The notes under the pieces were generated by a model. It was not told where the DNA came from, did not search any database, and worked only from the letters and a program-made list of their open reading frames with translations. This document shows positions 1 through 8,353 of a DNA stretch of 22,222 bases, in pieces (positions within the stretch are counted from its first letter, which is position 1; every line of letters starts with the position of its first letter). The position numbers and the translations under genes were made by a program. This DNA is from an uncultured Verrucomicrobiales bacterium (GTDB taxonomy: Bacteria; Verrucomicrobiota; Verrucomicrobiia; Verrucomicrobiales; DEV007). The stretch lies in assembly GCA_938091905.1 (NCBI GenBank), contig CALKOM010000100.1, forward strand, positions 1-22,222. The letters run 5' to 3'.

Positions 1-483
1 CCTTTGAAGTATGGGTTTCCCGGCGAGTTGGCTTCGTCGATGCATCTACATCAGGTGGAGTTCCAGGGCACTTTCATCGGCGATGAGTTAGACACGATGA
101 TCGAGGTTTTGCCGGAAACAGTCCGTTCTCTTGGAATAGGCAACGGCACACAGCAGATAACATCCGGCGAAGGAACTGCGGCGACCTTACAAGGAGAAAT
201 CGTCGATTCGAAATGCCACCTTGGTGTGATGAATCCCGGGCGTTTTAAGCCGCATCGTGCTTGTGCCATACAGTGTCTTGCAGGAGGGATCCCGCCACTC
301 TTGGTCATGCAGGATGGTGAGGGGACACTAGCTCATGTGCTTCTAGTGGCCGCAGACGGAACTGCGCTTAATGAGGCCATCCTGGACTATGTGGCCGAAC
401 CCGTGGAATTGTCAGGGCGTTTGGAGATGATCGGCGACCGTCAGGTGCTGTTTGCTGATATCGCAAGTTTGCGGCGTCTCTAG
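1..483 (+). CDS. 5'-partial conserved hypothetical protein with a Cys/His cluster (possible metal-binding site)
   Basis: The frame is open from base 1 (CCT TTG AAG...) to TAG at 481-483. It contains GEIVDSKCHLGVMNPGRFKPHRACAIQCLAGGIPPLL, which I recall from an uncharacterised family. The true start is probably outside the window. Confidence 0.8.
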   Translation, partial: PLKYGFPGELASSMHLHQVEFQGTFIGDELDTMIEVLPETVRSLGIGNGTQQITSGEGTAATLQGEIVDSKCHLGVMNPGRFKPHRACAIQCLAGGIPPLLVMQDGEGTLAHVLLVAADGTALNEAILDYVAEPVELSGRLEMIGDRQVLFADIASLRRL

Positions 484-488
484 CGGTG

Positions 489-1430
489 CTACAGGAGGCT
501 CTGTAGCTTGGCCACGCTGGTTACTCCTTGGTGTCCTCCACGTGCTGTGATCGCAAGAGCGCCCGCAGCGGCGGCCCATTTTCCCGCTTCTTTCGCGGTC
601 AGGCCACGATCGAGCCCTGCAATCAACCCGGCCATGAAGCAATCGCCTGCACCTGTCGTGTCGACAATGGGCGTTGATGGAGGACAGGCACTTACTATTA
701 TGAAACCGTCTTCTGGCGTGTGAAGGATAGCGCCTCTTTCTCCGAGTTTGACGCCGAGAATACCGTAGTTGTTGTATTGACGGAACCACTCGATCATCTT
801 TGCGGGGTCTCTCAATTTGGTCTGCTGAGAGGCCTCGACTTGCGATGGCACATAGATGTCAAGATAGGGAAGGATCTTGGAAAGACGAACGGGGTCGCCG
901 CCATCGCTTGCGCTATCCATTGCTGTGCGACAGCCGTACCCCTGTATCTCCGCAAGCAAAGAAGGGAGTTCAGGCTCTAGCAGAGGCATGCGACCGTAAT
1001 AGCCGAGAATAAAGTAGTCTGCCTCCTCGAGATGGGTTCTTTGAGCGCGAACGAAGTTGGCATCGAGGAACTTGGTCGCTGTTTTTACCGCGGGTGCTAG
1101 AAAACTCCGGCTGCCGTCTTCATCAATGAGAACAACAACTGCTGACGTTGGCGCATGCGGATGCGTACAAAGAAGATCGGTCCCAACGCCTGCATCAACT
1201 AACGTTTGTCGAATATATTGCCCCCAGACGTCTGCCCCTGTGAGGGTGAGCGCTTGGCTAGAAACGCCAAGTCGCTGCAAGGCGATGCCTGTGTTGCAGG
1301 TAATGCCACCGCTACTCAGCTCAATAGGATCTATCGGCAGCGTCTGATCACGTCCGATGGTGCTACCCAATCGAACGTTCAGGCAAGGAAGATCGACCAC
1401 ACACGAGCCGCAGATGATAGCTTTGCCCAT
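489..1430 (-). CDS. PfkB/ribokinase-family carbohydrate kinase
   Basis: 313 aa. N-terminal GGITCNTGIALQRLG signature, VKLGERGA, and C-terminal DTTGAGDCF signature with the catalytic Asp. Confidence 0.95.
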   Translation of the reverse strand: MGKAIICGSCVVDLPCLNVRLGSTIGRDQTLPIDPIELSSGGITCNTGIALQRLGVSSQALTLTGADVWGQYIRQTLVDAGVGTDLLCTHPHAPTSAVVVLIDEDGSRSFLAPAVKTATKFLDANFVRAQRTHLEEADYFILGYYGRMPLLEPELPSLLAEIQGYGCRTAMDSASDGGDPVRLSKILPYLDIYVPSQVEASQQTKLRDPAKMIEWFRQYNNYGILGVKLGERGAILHTPEDGFIIVSACPPSTPIVDTTGAGDCFMAGLIAGLDRGLTAKEAGKWAAAAGALAITARGGHQGVTSVAKLQSLL

Positions 1431-1469
1431 AAAATAGGTTTGGCCTAGTTGGGATGCTTCGGGAACGCT

Positions 1470-1538
1470 CTATCGGCGCCGACGTAGGAGAAGTAGCTGT
1501 CACAATAGAAATAGCAGAGCACTGGAAGGCTCGGGCAC
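1470..1538 (-). other. PEP-CTERM sorting signal coding sequence (VPEP + TM helix + basic tail) split by TGA
   Basis: The minus strand reads GTG CCC GAG CCT TCC AGT GCT CTG CTA TTT CTA TTG TGA CAG CTA CTT CTC CTA CGT CGG CGC CGA TAG. Confidence 0.9.
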
Positions 1539-2135
1539 GATGAATGACCCCTCGGGGATCGTGGCGTCTGAGACGGTGAATCTTCCTCCGTTCAACGCAG
1601 AGGTGCTCACGAGGGCTATCGCATCGATATCGAAATCTGTAACGCTTACTGCGCTGATGGTGACTGTCTGTGCGAGGCCTGGCGTTGTGCCTGATACGGT
1701 GAAATTCAATCCGCTGACGTGTGTCCAAACAAACGTAGTGGAAGGATCTACGAAGACATCGGCAACGGTCGTTGACCCGCCAAAGGTGAGGCTGATATAG
1801 GGGGGGGTGTTCACCTGTTCCTGATAGCGAACGTACACCGTGTACTCTTGGTCATCCAGAAAATCGATATCGAACGAAACGGTGCCAGGGGTTGACTCAA
1901 CGCTCAAATAGTCGCCGAAGGATCCTCCCGCTGGCGCCATCACATCAAATTTGTTTCCATCAGAAGGAGCGTCGTCCAGCGTTCCATGCTCTGCGTTGAA
2001 AGCAATGACCGTCCCCCGAGTCTGAACTAGTGTCACACCGCAGGCTGATCCTACTACGGAAAGGACAGCGACAATGGTGAACATAGACGTCTTACTAAAA
2101 CACATGATTACAATAATCTTATGCCAATCAGGCAT
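1500..2135 (-). CDS. PEP-CTERM exported protein whose anchor is interrupted by an in-frame TGA (extends to 1470 if read through)
   Basis: Signal-peptide-like N-terminus (start may be ATG 2105) and a Thr/Ser/Val-rich beta-type body. It ends IVPEPSSALLFLL-TGA(1502-1500)-QLLLLRRRR-TAG(1472-1470). Confidence 0.85.
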   Translation of the reverse strand: MPDWHKIIVIMCFSKTSMFTIVAVLSVVGSACGVTLVQTRGTVIAFNAEHGTLDDAPSDGNKFDVMAPAGGSFGDYLSVESTPGTVSFDIDFLDDQEYTVYVRYQEQVNTPPYISLTFGGSTTVADVFVDPSTTFVWTHVSGLNFTVSGTTPGLAQTVTISAVSVTDFDIDAIALVSTSALNGGRFTVSDATIPEGSFIVPEPSSALLFLL

Positions 2136-2156
2136 TAGTTCCTACCAGTTTGACAA

Positions 2157-2942
2157 TTATTTATCAATATTTTTGCTGGTTTTCGCAGCCTCGACATCAC
2201 TTACGGGGGGAGGATCGGGAAGCCGGAAGAACCACTTTCCACCGTCGAGAATTGCTACCTGCTCGATGCTTTGGCGTAAACGGGGGGGAATTTGCGTTTC
2301 AGCGTATACGGGGCCATCGAACTTCACCGCATCTTCTGCTGTAATAAAAAGAGTAGCCTGCTGACCCTGATTGGACAGCTCCACGGTGGTGCAAGTGACT
2401 CCGCTCCCCACTATTAGGCGAACCACCCTCCGAGTGATCTCGAAGTCTCTCGATGCCTCAATTGGCGAAGGTGGGAGAGATGGCCGGGCAGCCTCAAGGG
2501 TCACTGGCGTGTTGAATGCTTCATCATCCCTGGTAACGCCTAGAACAATCTCTGTCCCCACGGGGCATCTTTTAACCAATATCTCTAATTGTTTCGGAGC
2601 AATAAGTAACTGATCATTATAGTGTTCCAAGACATCTCCCGCTTTTAATCCAGCGCGCTCTGCTGGGCTACCTTTCACTACAATCAATACCCTAAGGCCT
2701 TCAGATTGGGAGGAGACCTCCTCAACGCCCAGACCAAGGCGACTCACTGGAGGAGGCGATGATTGAGCGGAAGCTCGGTCTTTCAGAACGTCCTCAGGAA
2801 TCGGGCCGGGGGCCCGAGGATTCACCGGCTCTTTGGGCTGTTCTTGACCGTAGACTGTCGAAGGGCACAAACTTGTTAAAAGCGTAAGATATGCCCATAA
2901 CTGCATACTCCTTAGAGTTTTGCGGAAATGCAGATATTTCAT
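2157..2942 (-). CDS. Exported PDZ-domain protein with no recognisable protease domain
   Basis: Probable start is ATG 2942, 4 nt after the upstream stop (261 aa). It has a signal-like segment and a Pro-rich linker, then PDZ motifs RLGLGV and VVKGSPAERAGLKAGDVL...YND, then an unrecognised C-terminal region. Confidence 0.85.
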   Translation of the reverse strand: MKYLHFRKTLRSMQLWAYLTLLTSLCPSTVYGQEQPKEPVNPRAPGPIPEDVLKDRASAQSSPPPVSRLGLGVEEVSSQSEGLRVLIVVKGSPAERAGLKAGDVLEHYNDQLLIAPKQLEILVKRCPVGTEIVLGVTRDDEAFNTPVTLEAARPSLPPSPIEASRDFEITRRVVRLIVGSGVTCTTVELSNQGQQATLFITAEDAVKFDGPVYAETQIPPRLRQSIEQVAILDGGKWFFRLPDPPPVSDVEAAKTSKNIDK

Positions 2943-2946
2943 TTGG

Positions 2947-3543
2947 TCAAAAAGTTCGCCTTGGGGAATAGACATTCCTTTCCCGTGTCACTTCATCTTC
3001 CACATGGATATCACGGCCGAGCTTGTAACGGGAACTGTCCTTCCGAGTCTCTCGTCGCTGCTCGTAGATCCGTTTGTCTTTCTCCATGAACCGCACTCGA
3101 GTGCTATCTTGAATCGTGCCACTACGGCTGATAGGAACGAGTTGCCCGTTCGGCTCTTCTTTAGAAACAGTGGCTCCAGAGTGAGGAGCTGGTTTGAGGA
3201 AGGAAGCGGCAGCAAACAAGCCAATCGCGACCATGGCTGCGACTTTAAAGATTGGGGCAAAGTCTCGCCATTGAGGCACTGATATCACTTTGTCCGACGT
3301 GTCGTCATCCAGCTGGTTCGCGATGGAGTCCCAAAGACCATTAGATGGCGTCGAAGGCCGCAAAGCGGTGAGGTTCCTAGCTAATGCATGATCTTCTGCG
3401 CTCAAGTTCGCTGATTCGAGCGGCTCAAGGGCGAGCTCTCGCACAGAAAGAGGCACGGATGCTGGCCGAAGATGCTTGAGTTCGTTTTCAAGCGTCGCTT
3501 CCTCGGGCGAGAGCTGGGAAGGCTGATTCTCTGGGGTGTTCAT
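2947..3543 (-). CDS. Putative single-pass membrane anti-sigma factor
   Basis: ATG 3543 overlaps the sigma stop as ATGA (198 aa). Cytoplasmic N-terminus with two LRP-containing repeats, one TM helix (VAAMVAIGLFAAASFL) and a charged C-terminal domain. The function is inferred from position and topology. Confidence 0.75.
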   Translation of the reverse strand: MNTPENQPSQLSPEEATLENELKHLRPASVPLSVRELALEPLESANLSAEDHALARNLTALRPSTPSNGLWDSIANQLDDDTSDKVISVPQWRDFAPIFKVAAMVAIGLFAAASFLKPAPHSGATVSKEEPNGQLVPISRSGTIQDSTRVRFMEKDKRIYEQRRETRKDSSRYKLGRDIHVEDEVTRERNVYSPRRTF

Positions 3544-4061
3544 GAGGTCAAATGAGGGCTGGATTCCAATTCGCGACGTAGTCCTTGCAAGGCATAGCGA
3601 TACCGAGAGGCAACTGTGTTTATGGAAATGTCGTGAAGATCCGCAATGGCCTGAAAGGTCTGTTCTCCCCAAATTTTCAGAGTGATCACCTCTTGATACT
3701 TTTCAGGCAACCGCTTCATTGCCTGCTCCAGCGCGGCATTACGCTCCTGGTCCTCCAGGCCATACTCGAACCACTGGACGTCGTCTTTCTCTGCATGGGC
3801 GACTTCTTCCCGGCGCTGGCGGCGCTGGTTCTTGCGTGCGAGATCAATGGCACAGCGCCTAATGGAAGTGAAGGCGAAGGGCAGATTTGGCAGACCCAGT
3901 TCAGGTTCTTTCTCGGCGGTCCTCCACATACGAATGAACGCGTCTTGCAGGACATCTTCAGCATCGATGCCCGTTCTGGTCTGCTGTCGGGCATAAAGAA
4001 GCAGACGAGAGGCGTTCTCGTCGAACCAGTCCTTCCACTCTTCGCGATTACGCTCCGCCAT
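3540..4061 (-). CDS. ECF-family RNA polymerase sigma-70 factor
   Basis: 173 aa. Region 2 (DAEDVLQDAFIRMW...RRCAIDLARK) and region 4 (LPEKYQEVITLKIWGEQTFQAIADLHDISINTVASRYRYAL) are both present. Confidence 0.96.
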   Translation of the reverse strand: MAERNREEWKDWFDENASRLLLYARQQTRTGIDAEDVLQDAFIRMWRTAEKEPELGLPNLPFAFTSIRRCAIDLARKNQRRQRREEVAHAEKDDVQWFEYGLEDQERNAALEQAMKRLPEKYQEVITLKIWGEQTFQAIADLHDISINTVASRYRYALQGLRRELESSPHLTS

Positions 4062-4102
4062 ACTTTTACTGGTAGGGTAGCGAGCGCCGAGAGCCGATTT
4101 GT

Positions 4103-5347
4103 CTAGGCATCCGTGCCCTTCTGAAAACAGAGCAGTTTCTCATCGGTCCTGACAATGAGCTTACCTTCTGCGATGATCGGGGTCGCGTGGATTCCAGCTC
4201 CGAGTTCACCTTTGGCAATGGACTTGAACATGTCGGCAGCTTCGTAGATGTGATAGTCGCCGTCCCGGCCGAATACGTAAATGTGATTGCCGACCGCAAT
4301 GAGTGAGGCGAAACATTTGCCAACGAGACGTTCGCGCCAGAGTTGATTGCCTGAAGCCACATCATAACAGGTGCCTACACCCCCGTCATTGACCAGAAAC
4401 CAGCGTCCCTTGATCCCCAATCCTGTCGGCACATAGGGGAGTGTCCTCCTAAGGCGATAACGTTCCGTGACCTCCGTCGCTCCCGGAGCGGCATCGATTA
4501 CGATACTATCTTTGCCACCGCCGCCACCGCCGCAGTAGGCGAGAATGGAGTTGCCAGAGATCACGGGGGATGCGACGACGCGATGCTCAAACTTACAATC
4601 AAACGTCCACCGATCTTTGCCGGTCTTGGTATCGATCGAGAAAAATCCGTTGTCCGTGCTGACAAAGATAGCTTCTTTGCTAGATTCTATCTCGCGAATG
4701 ACTGGAGTTGTGTAAGGGGTCTTCAGCTCTGCTGGAAGGTTCTTCTTCCATCGCTCTTTGCCTGTCTTGGAATCCAAACCGACAATGAAACTATCGTCGC
4801 TCAAGTTCTCTTTCTGAACGATCAACACGTCATCAGCTAGAGCGACAGAGCTGCCACCACCATGGGATGATTCGAACTTCCCTAAGGCTTTTTTCCACAC
4901 TTCCTTGCCTGCGTGATCCAGAGCAAAGACCTCCGACTCCTTGCCGTCATTCCACCACACGTAGACACGCTCGGCATCCGCCGTCGGTGAGGTTGACGAC
5001 GGGCTGTTGAACTGGTGCATCTTGTACTTGTTGAACCCGAAACGCGTGCGCCAGAGTTCTTCCCCGTCTGATACTTGCACACAGACCACTTCTCGATGCT
5101 CCGGCGCCTTGGCAGGCGTCACCGTGTAAAACAGTTTGTCTCCAAAGGTCACGGGCGACGAATGGCCACCTCCCTTGAGATCGATTTCCCAGCGTGTGTT
5201 TCCTTTGCTGAGTTCGGTCGGAATACTGCCACTCGCAGCAGCGACTCCAGAGCCCTCAGGGCCGCGAAACCGTGTCCAGTCTTCTCCGTAGGCTAGGGGA
5301 GACGCCACGATGAGAAGGGCAGCCGTGAGACTTGGCAGTGTTTTCAT
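4103..5347 (-). CDS. PQQ-binding-like (BamB-like) beta-propeller repeat protein, exported
   Basis: Probable start is ATG 5347 (MKTLPSL... signal peptide). EDWTRFRGPEGSG N-terminal motif, GHSSPV, and repeated D-x-x-[ST]G-x-x-x-W blades. Confidence 0.92.
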   Translation of the reverse strand: MKTLPSLTAALLIVASPLAYGEDWTRFRGPEGSGVAAASGSIPTELSKGNTRWEIDLKGGGHSSPVTFGDKLFYTVTPAKAPEHREVVCVQVSDGEELWRTRFGFNKYKMHQFNSPSSTSPTADAERVYVWWNDGKESEVFALDHAGKEVWKKALGKFESSHGGGSSVALADDVLIVQKENLSDDSFIVGLDSKTGKERWKKNLPAELKTPYTTPVIREIESSKEAIFVSTDNGFFSIDTKTGKDRWTFDCKFEHRVVASPVISGNSILAYCGGGGGGKDSIVIDAAPGATEVTERYRLRRTLPYVPTGLGIKGRWFLVNDGGVGTCYDVASGNQLWRERLVGKCFASLIAVGNHIYVFGRDGDYHIYEAADMFKSIAKGELGAGIHATPIIAEGKLIVRTDEKLLCFQKGTDA

Positions 5348-5355
5348 GCAGCCGA

Positions 5356-6420
5356 TTATGGCTGGCAATCGTCAGGCGTCAATGCATCCACAGTTTCAGC
5401 TAAGCTTGTTTCGTCCAGTTTGCCTAGCGCTGTCCGGGGCAGCGCGTTGAGCGAGACCGCTTGTTTCGGGTGGAGAAAACTCGGAATTCTCGCAGTCAAC
5501 GCCTTGATCAACGCAGCGTGTTCTCGCTGTGGGGCAACGAGAACAAGGGTTTGCCCATCGCGTGGATCATCTATTGCCACCAGGGTGCTGTTCGCGGGCG
5601 GGCACTGACATGACTGCGCTGCTGCCTCGAGTTCCGTCCGTAGGTTTGCTAGATTGACCAGTTCGCCTTTGATCTTCAGGCGATCGCGATCCCTTGCGAG
5701 AAAAGTAAGCGAGTTGTTGTTGTCATTGATGGAAACCCGGTCTGCGGTTGTGAACCAGCCGTCGTGGGGGGCGAATCGGAATTCCTCGGGCGAATCCTCC
5801 ATGATATACCCAGAGAACAACGCCTTCCCGCGAAGCCTAAGGAAGCCACCTGTGGTGAGGTCGGTCTTCCATCCTGGCAAGATTGCCAAAGGGGCATTGG
5901 CGGCGCTTCCTGGCCGCTGGGTTGCTACTTGGGAGGCCGTTTCTGTCATTCCATAGGTTTTAAGAATGGGCCAGCTGAGAGCGAGGGCGCGCTCGTTTAG
6001 CGTATCTGAGAGAGCGCCTCCACCGACGAGCACGGCGCGCAAGGCTGGCGGCGCTTGGTAATCAGCTGAAACGAGGTCATAGACCTGAGTTGGAACGAGT
6101 GAAGTCAGTGTCACGTCGTGCTGCCCGCAATCTTTGCAGAAGGCGAGGGGATCCCATTTCTTGTCTGACCAGACAGCGCTGGCGCCACTTAACTCCGCAC
6201 GTGTGTTGATACTGTAGCCGCCGATATGGTGTCTTGGCAATACGCCTAACCAGACGTCGTCCCGAGTTGTTTGGAGATGTGTGTTCACAGCCGCCGCCGA
6301 CGCTTGGAGGGCGGAGTGGGAAAGGGCAACATGTTTAGGCTTGCCTGCCGATCCAGAGGTTTGAAATAGGATGCAGTCTTCTAAATCGCTCTGCTGGGCA
6401 AGCCAGGTATCGATAGTCAT
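5356..6420 (-). CDS. menE: o-succinylbenzoate-CoA ligase (short AMP-binding enzyme)
   Basis: AMP-binding loop FQTSGSAGKPK, TSLVPTQ, VLVGGG, YGMTETASQ and LPRTALGK. ATG 6420 overlaps the menC stop as ATGA; 6438 is an alternative start. Confidence 0.85.
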   Translation of the reverse strand: MTIDTWLAQQSDLEDCILFQTSGSAGKPKHVALSHSALQASAAAVNTHLQTTRDDVWLGVLPRHHIGGYSINTRAELSGASAVWSDKKWDPLAFCKDCGQHDVTLTSLVPTQVYDLVSADYQAPPALRAVLVGGGALSDTLNERALALSWPILKTYGMTETASQVATQRPGSAANAPLAILPGWKTDLTTGGFLRLRGKALFSGYIMEDSPEEFRFAPHDGWFTTADRVSINDNNNSLTFLARDRDRLKIKGELVNLANLRTELEAAAQSCQCPPANSTLVAIDDPRDGQTLVLVAPQREHAALIKALTARIPSFLHPKQAVSLNALPRTALGKLDETSLAETVDALTPDDCQP

Positions 6421-7352
6421 GTCGACAATGGCCGCCATGGCAGCTCTTCCAGGTAAGCGTCAAGCCCAAGTCCTGTTCCCTTGGGCGGTTTGAATTCAGG
6501 GCCTTCACCGAGATCCAATGCAGGATCAAGCTGGTTGAATAAATGATGAGTAGCCAAGCCGCAGGTAGCGATCTGATTCGGAAAACGTTTAGCCAATCGT
6601 CCTGCCTCGTAGGCTGCGAAAAGCTGACCTAGCGGATGGTCCATGTAAGAAGTGACAATGAATCTCCCGTCTTCTGTTGTAAAACCAGAGGTGTTCTCAA
6701 TTGCCGGTTTGAGGACGCGGAAATGAAATCCACGTGAAGCCGATTCCTGCATGGCATCCACGGCAAATGCCCAGCCTGTGGCAGACTGAAGCGTCTCCCA
6801 AAGATCCGGTTCGTAAGGCACAGGATCTTCGATGAACTCTATGGCTGATTTCGCTTTGTCTGACATAGAAGCATGCCAGTCTAACAACAACTCAGGTGTC
6901 ATCGCTTCGTTAAAGTCGAGCCGAGTAGGAAGAGGACTAACGTCGAGTAGGGCAGCGATTTCTTTCAAACATTCTGGCCTGGCTTTGAGCTTTACCCGTT
7001 CATAGCCTAGTTCCGAGATCTTGGATATCGCGTGTCGTGATATTTCTGTGAGCGTTGCGTGGCTTTTAGGAACGCGCAGGCCTTCGAGTAAATGCCGGCC
7101 GTCAGAGCGTGCTTGGCCGTCCAAAGCGACACAGCGACGAGTCGCTGCCGTGAGCCGCGTGTCCTCGCCTGTTGCCAGGGCGCCGAGTTCTTCTTCTAAC
7201 GAACGGTCGCCCAGTTCAGGCCAGGGATGCACGCAACCATATCCTCCACCTGAGCGAACTAAGGCCCCCTTAAATGTACAACGTTTACTCGCTGCATTTA
7301 ATGGCCGCCGCGCAACCAGCGCGTAGGGCGTCCACTCGAAGGAGGTAGTCAA
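6417..7352 (-). CDS. menC: o-succinylbenzoate synthase (enolase superfamily)
   Basis: HPWPELGD, KxK motif (VKLKA), metal ligands RLDFN / IEDP / AVD, second Lys in VLKP, and CGL. Adjacent to menE. The TTG start overlaps the upstream TGA. Confidence 0.87.
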   Translation of the reverse strand: MTTSFEWTPYALVARRPLNAASKRCTFKGALVRSGGGYGCVHPWPELGDRSLEEELGALATGEDTRLTAATRRCVALDGQARSDGRHLLEGLRVPKSHATLTEISRHAISKISELGYERVKLKARPECLKEIAALLDVSPLPTRLDFNEAMTPELLLDWHASMSDKAKSAIEFIEDPVPYEPDLWETLQSATGWAFAVDAMQESASRGFHFRVLKPAIENTSGFTTEDGRFIVTSYMDHPLGQLFAAYEAGRLAKRFPNQIATCGLATHHLFNQLDPALDLGEGPEFKPPKGTGLGLDAYLEELPWRPLST

Positions 7353-8257
7353 GGCGTTAACGGTGTCGCGTCTGCCTCTAGATCGCCCAGTGTATATTGG
7401 ATGCCAGCTAGGTAGTGTTTTAGTACTGCAGGATTCCAGAAAATCTCATCGCGGTGCCCAAGGGAGCAGTAGAATACCCGACCGCGACCGTAGGTGTCGA
7501 TCCAGCTAACAGGATAGCCTCGATCACCACGTGATCCTTTGGAGAGATCCATTTTATCAGCATCAAGCTCAAGAAGCATCCGGCGATCACCCCGCAGGGC
7601 AGTGTCATCGCGAAACTGATAGATTTCGTCAGTCACTTCAAATCCCTCAGTCGAGAAGGCGGCGTTCACAGGCGATGTTGGATCCAAGTTCTTCAAGGGC
7701 ACCTTCTTATGCCATGGGTGACTGACAAAGGCCCCACCCATCATGTCATTGTACTCCTTCCACTTCTTATAGGTGTCGGTTGCGGAATGCATGCCTGCTA
7801 ATCCTTTACCTTCTCTGACAAAGGCAAGAAGATTCGCTTTCAAGCGAGCTTCGCGGTCCTGCGCCTTTTTCTGCTTCGTCTTATCCCCAGGCCAATCCTT
7901 CGGACGAAAAATCTCACCCGTTGTATTCAGCATAATCACGGCATCGAACTTTGATAGAGAATCTTTCTCGAACACCGATTCATCCTCGGAATGTGTCACC
8001 TCAAAGGCTCCTGTCTTCTTACCCAGTTCTGTTAGACTTACCGCGCCGACTCCAATGGAGCCATGTCGGAAACCAGCTGTCTTGGAGAAGACGAGTACCT
8101 TGCGTGCTTTTGCTGGTTTCGCAGGTGCATTAGCAGGCAGGGCTGCGGCAATCTTGGCAATGGCTTCTTCTTTTACGGCGATGGTCTGAGAGATCGTCAA
8201 ACCAATCGCGGCAGCGCCGATGGCCAATGGGAGGACGAGAGCTAGTGAACGTTTCAT
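7349..8257 (-). CDS. ThuA-like (class I glutamine amidotransferase-like fold) exported protein
   Basis: Probable start is ATG 8257 with a signal peptide. Motifs KVLVFSKTAGFRHGSI, GLAGMHSATDT, GGAFVSHPW, DEIY and YGRGRVFYCSLGH. Confidence 0.92.
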   Translation of the reverse strand: MKRSLALVLPLAIGAAAIGLTISQTIAVKEEAIAKIAAALPANAPAKPAKARKVLVFSKTAGFRHGSIGVGAVSLTELGKKTGAFEVTHSEDESVFEKDSLSKFDAVIMLNTTGEIFRPKDWPGDKTKQKKAQDREARLKANLLAFVREGKGLAGMHSATDTYKKWKEYNDMMGGAFVSHPWHKKVPLKNLDPTSPVNAAFSTEGFEVTDEIYQFRDDTALRGDRRMLLELDADKMDLSKGSRGDRGYPVSWIDTYGRGRVFYCSLGHRDEIFWNPAVLKHYLAGIQYTLGDLEADATPLTP

Positions 8258-8353
8258 GATGGAAATACTGTGTCCACGACGAACGGTGGTCAACCCTCTA
8301 CCGTTCTCACTTCCAGCGATCTAGGACGGGCTTGAAATCTGGTTTGTCCTCGA

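Noticed and set aside
1470..1502. Selenocysteine at the PEP-CTERM TGA
   Set aside because: The position is mid-TM helix rather than a redox site, and I see no convincing SECIS-like hairpin directly downstream.
3544..3672. N-terminal extension of the anti-sigma ORF given in the ORF track
   Set aside because: It would overlap the sigma gene by about 130 nt. ATG 3543 gives a standard ATGA coupling.
4062..4102. Autoregulatory ECF promoter upstream of the sigma gene
   Set aside because: No clear -35/-10 match can be supported from one 41-nt sequence.
3585..4106. 173-aa plus-strand ORF, and the other antisense or nested ORFs in the track (e.g. 7773-8189, 11491-11916, 16786-17274)
   Set aside because: They are shadows of well-supported genes and carry no recognisable motifs.
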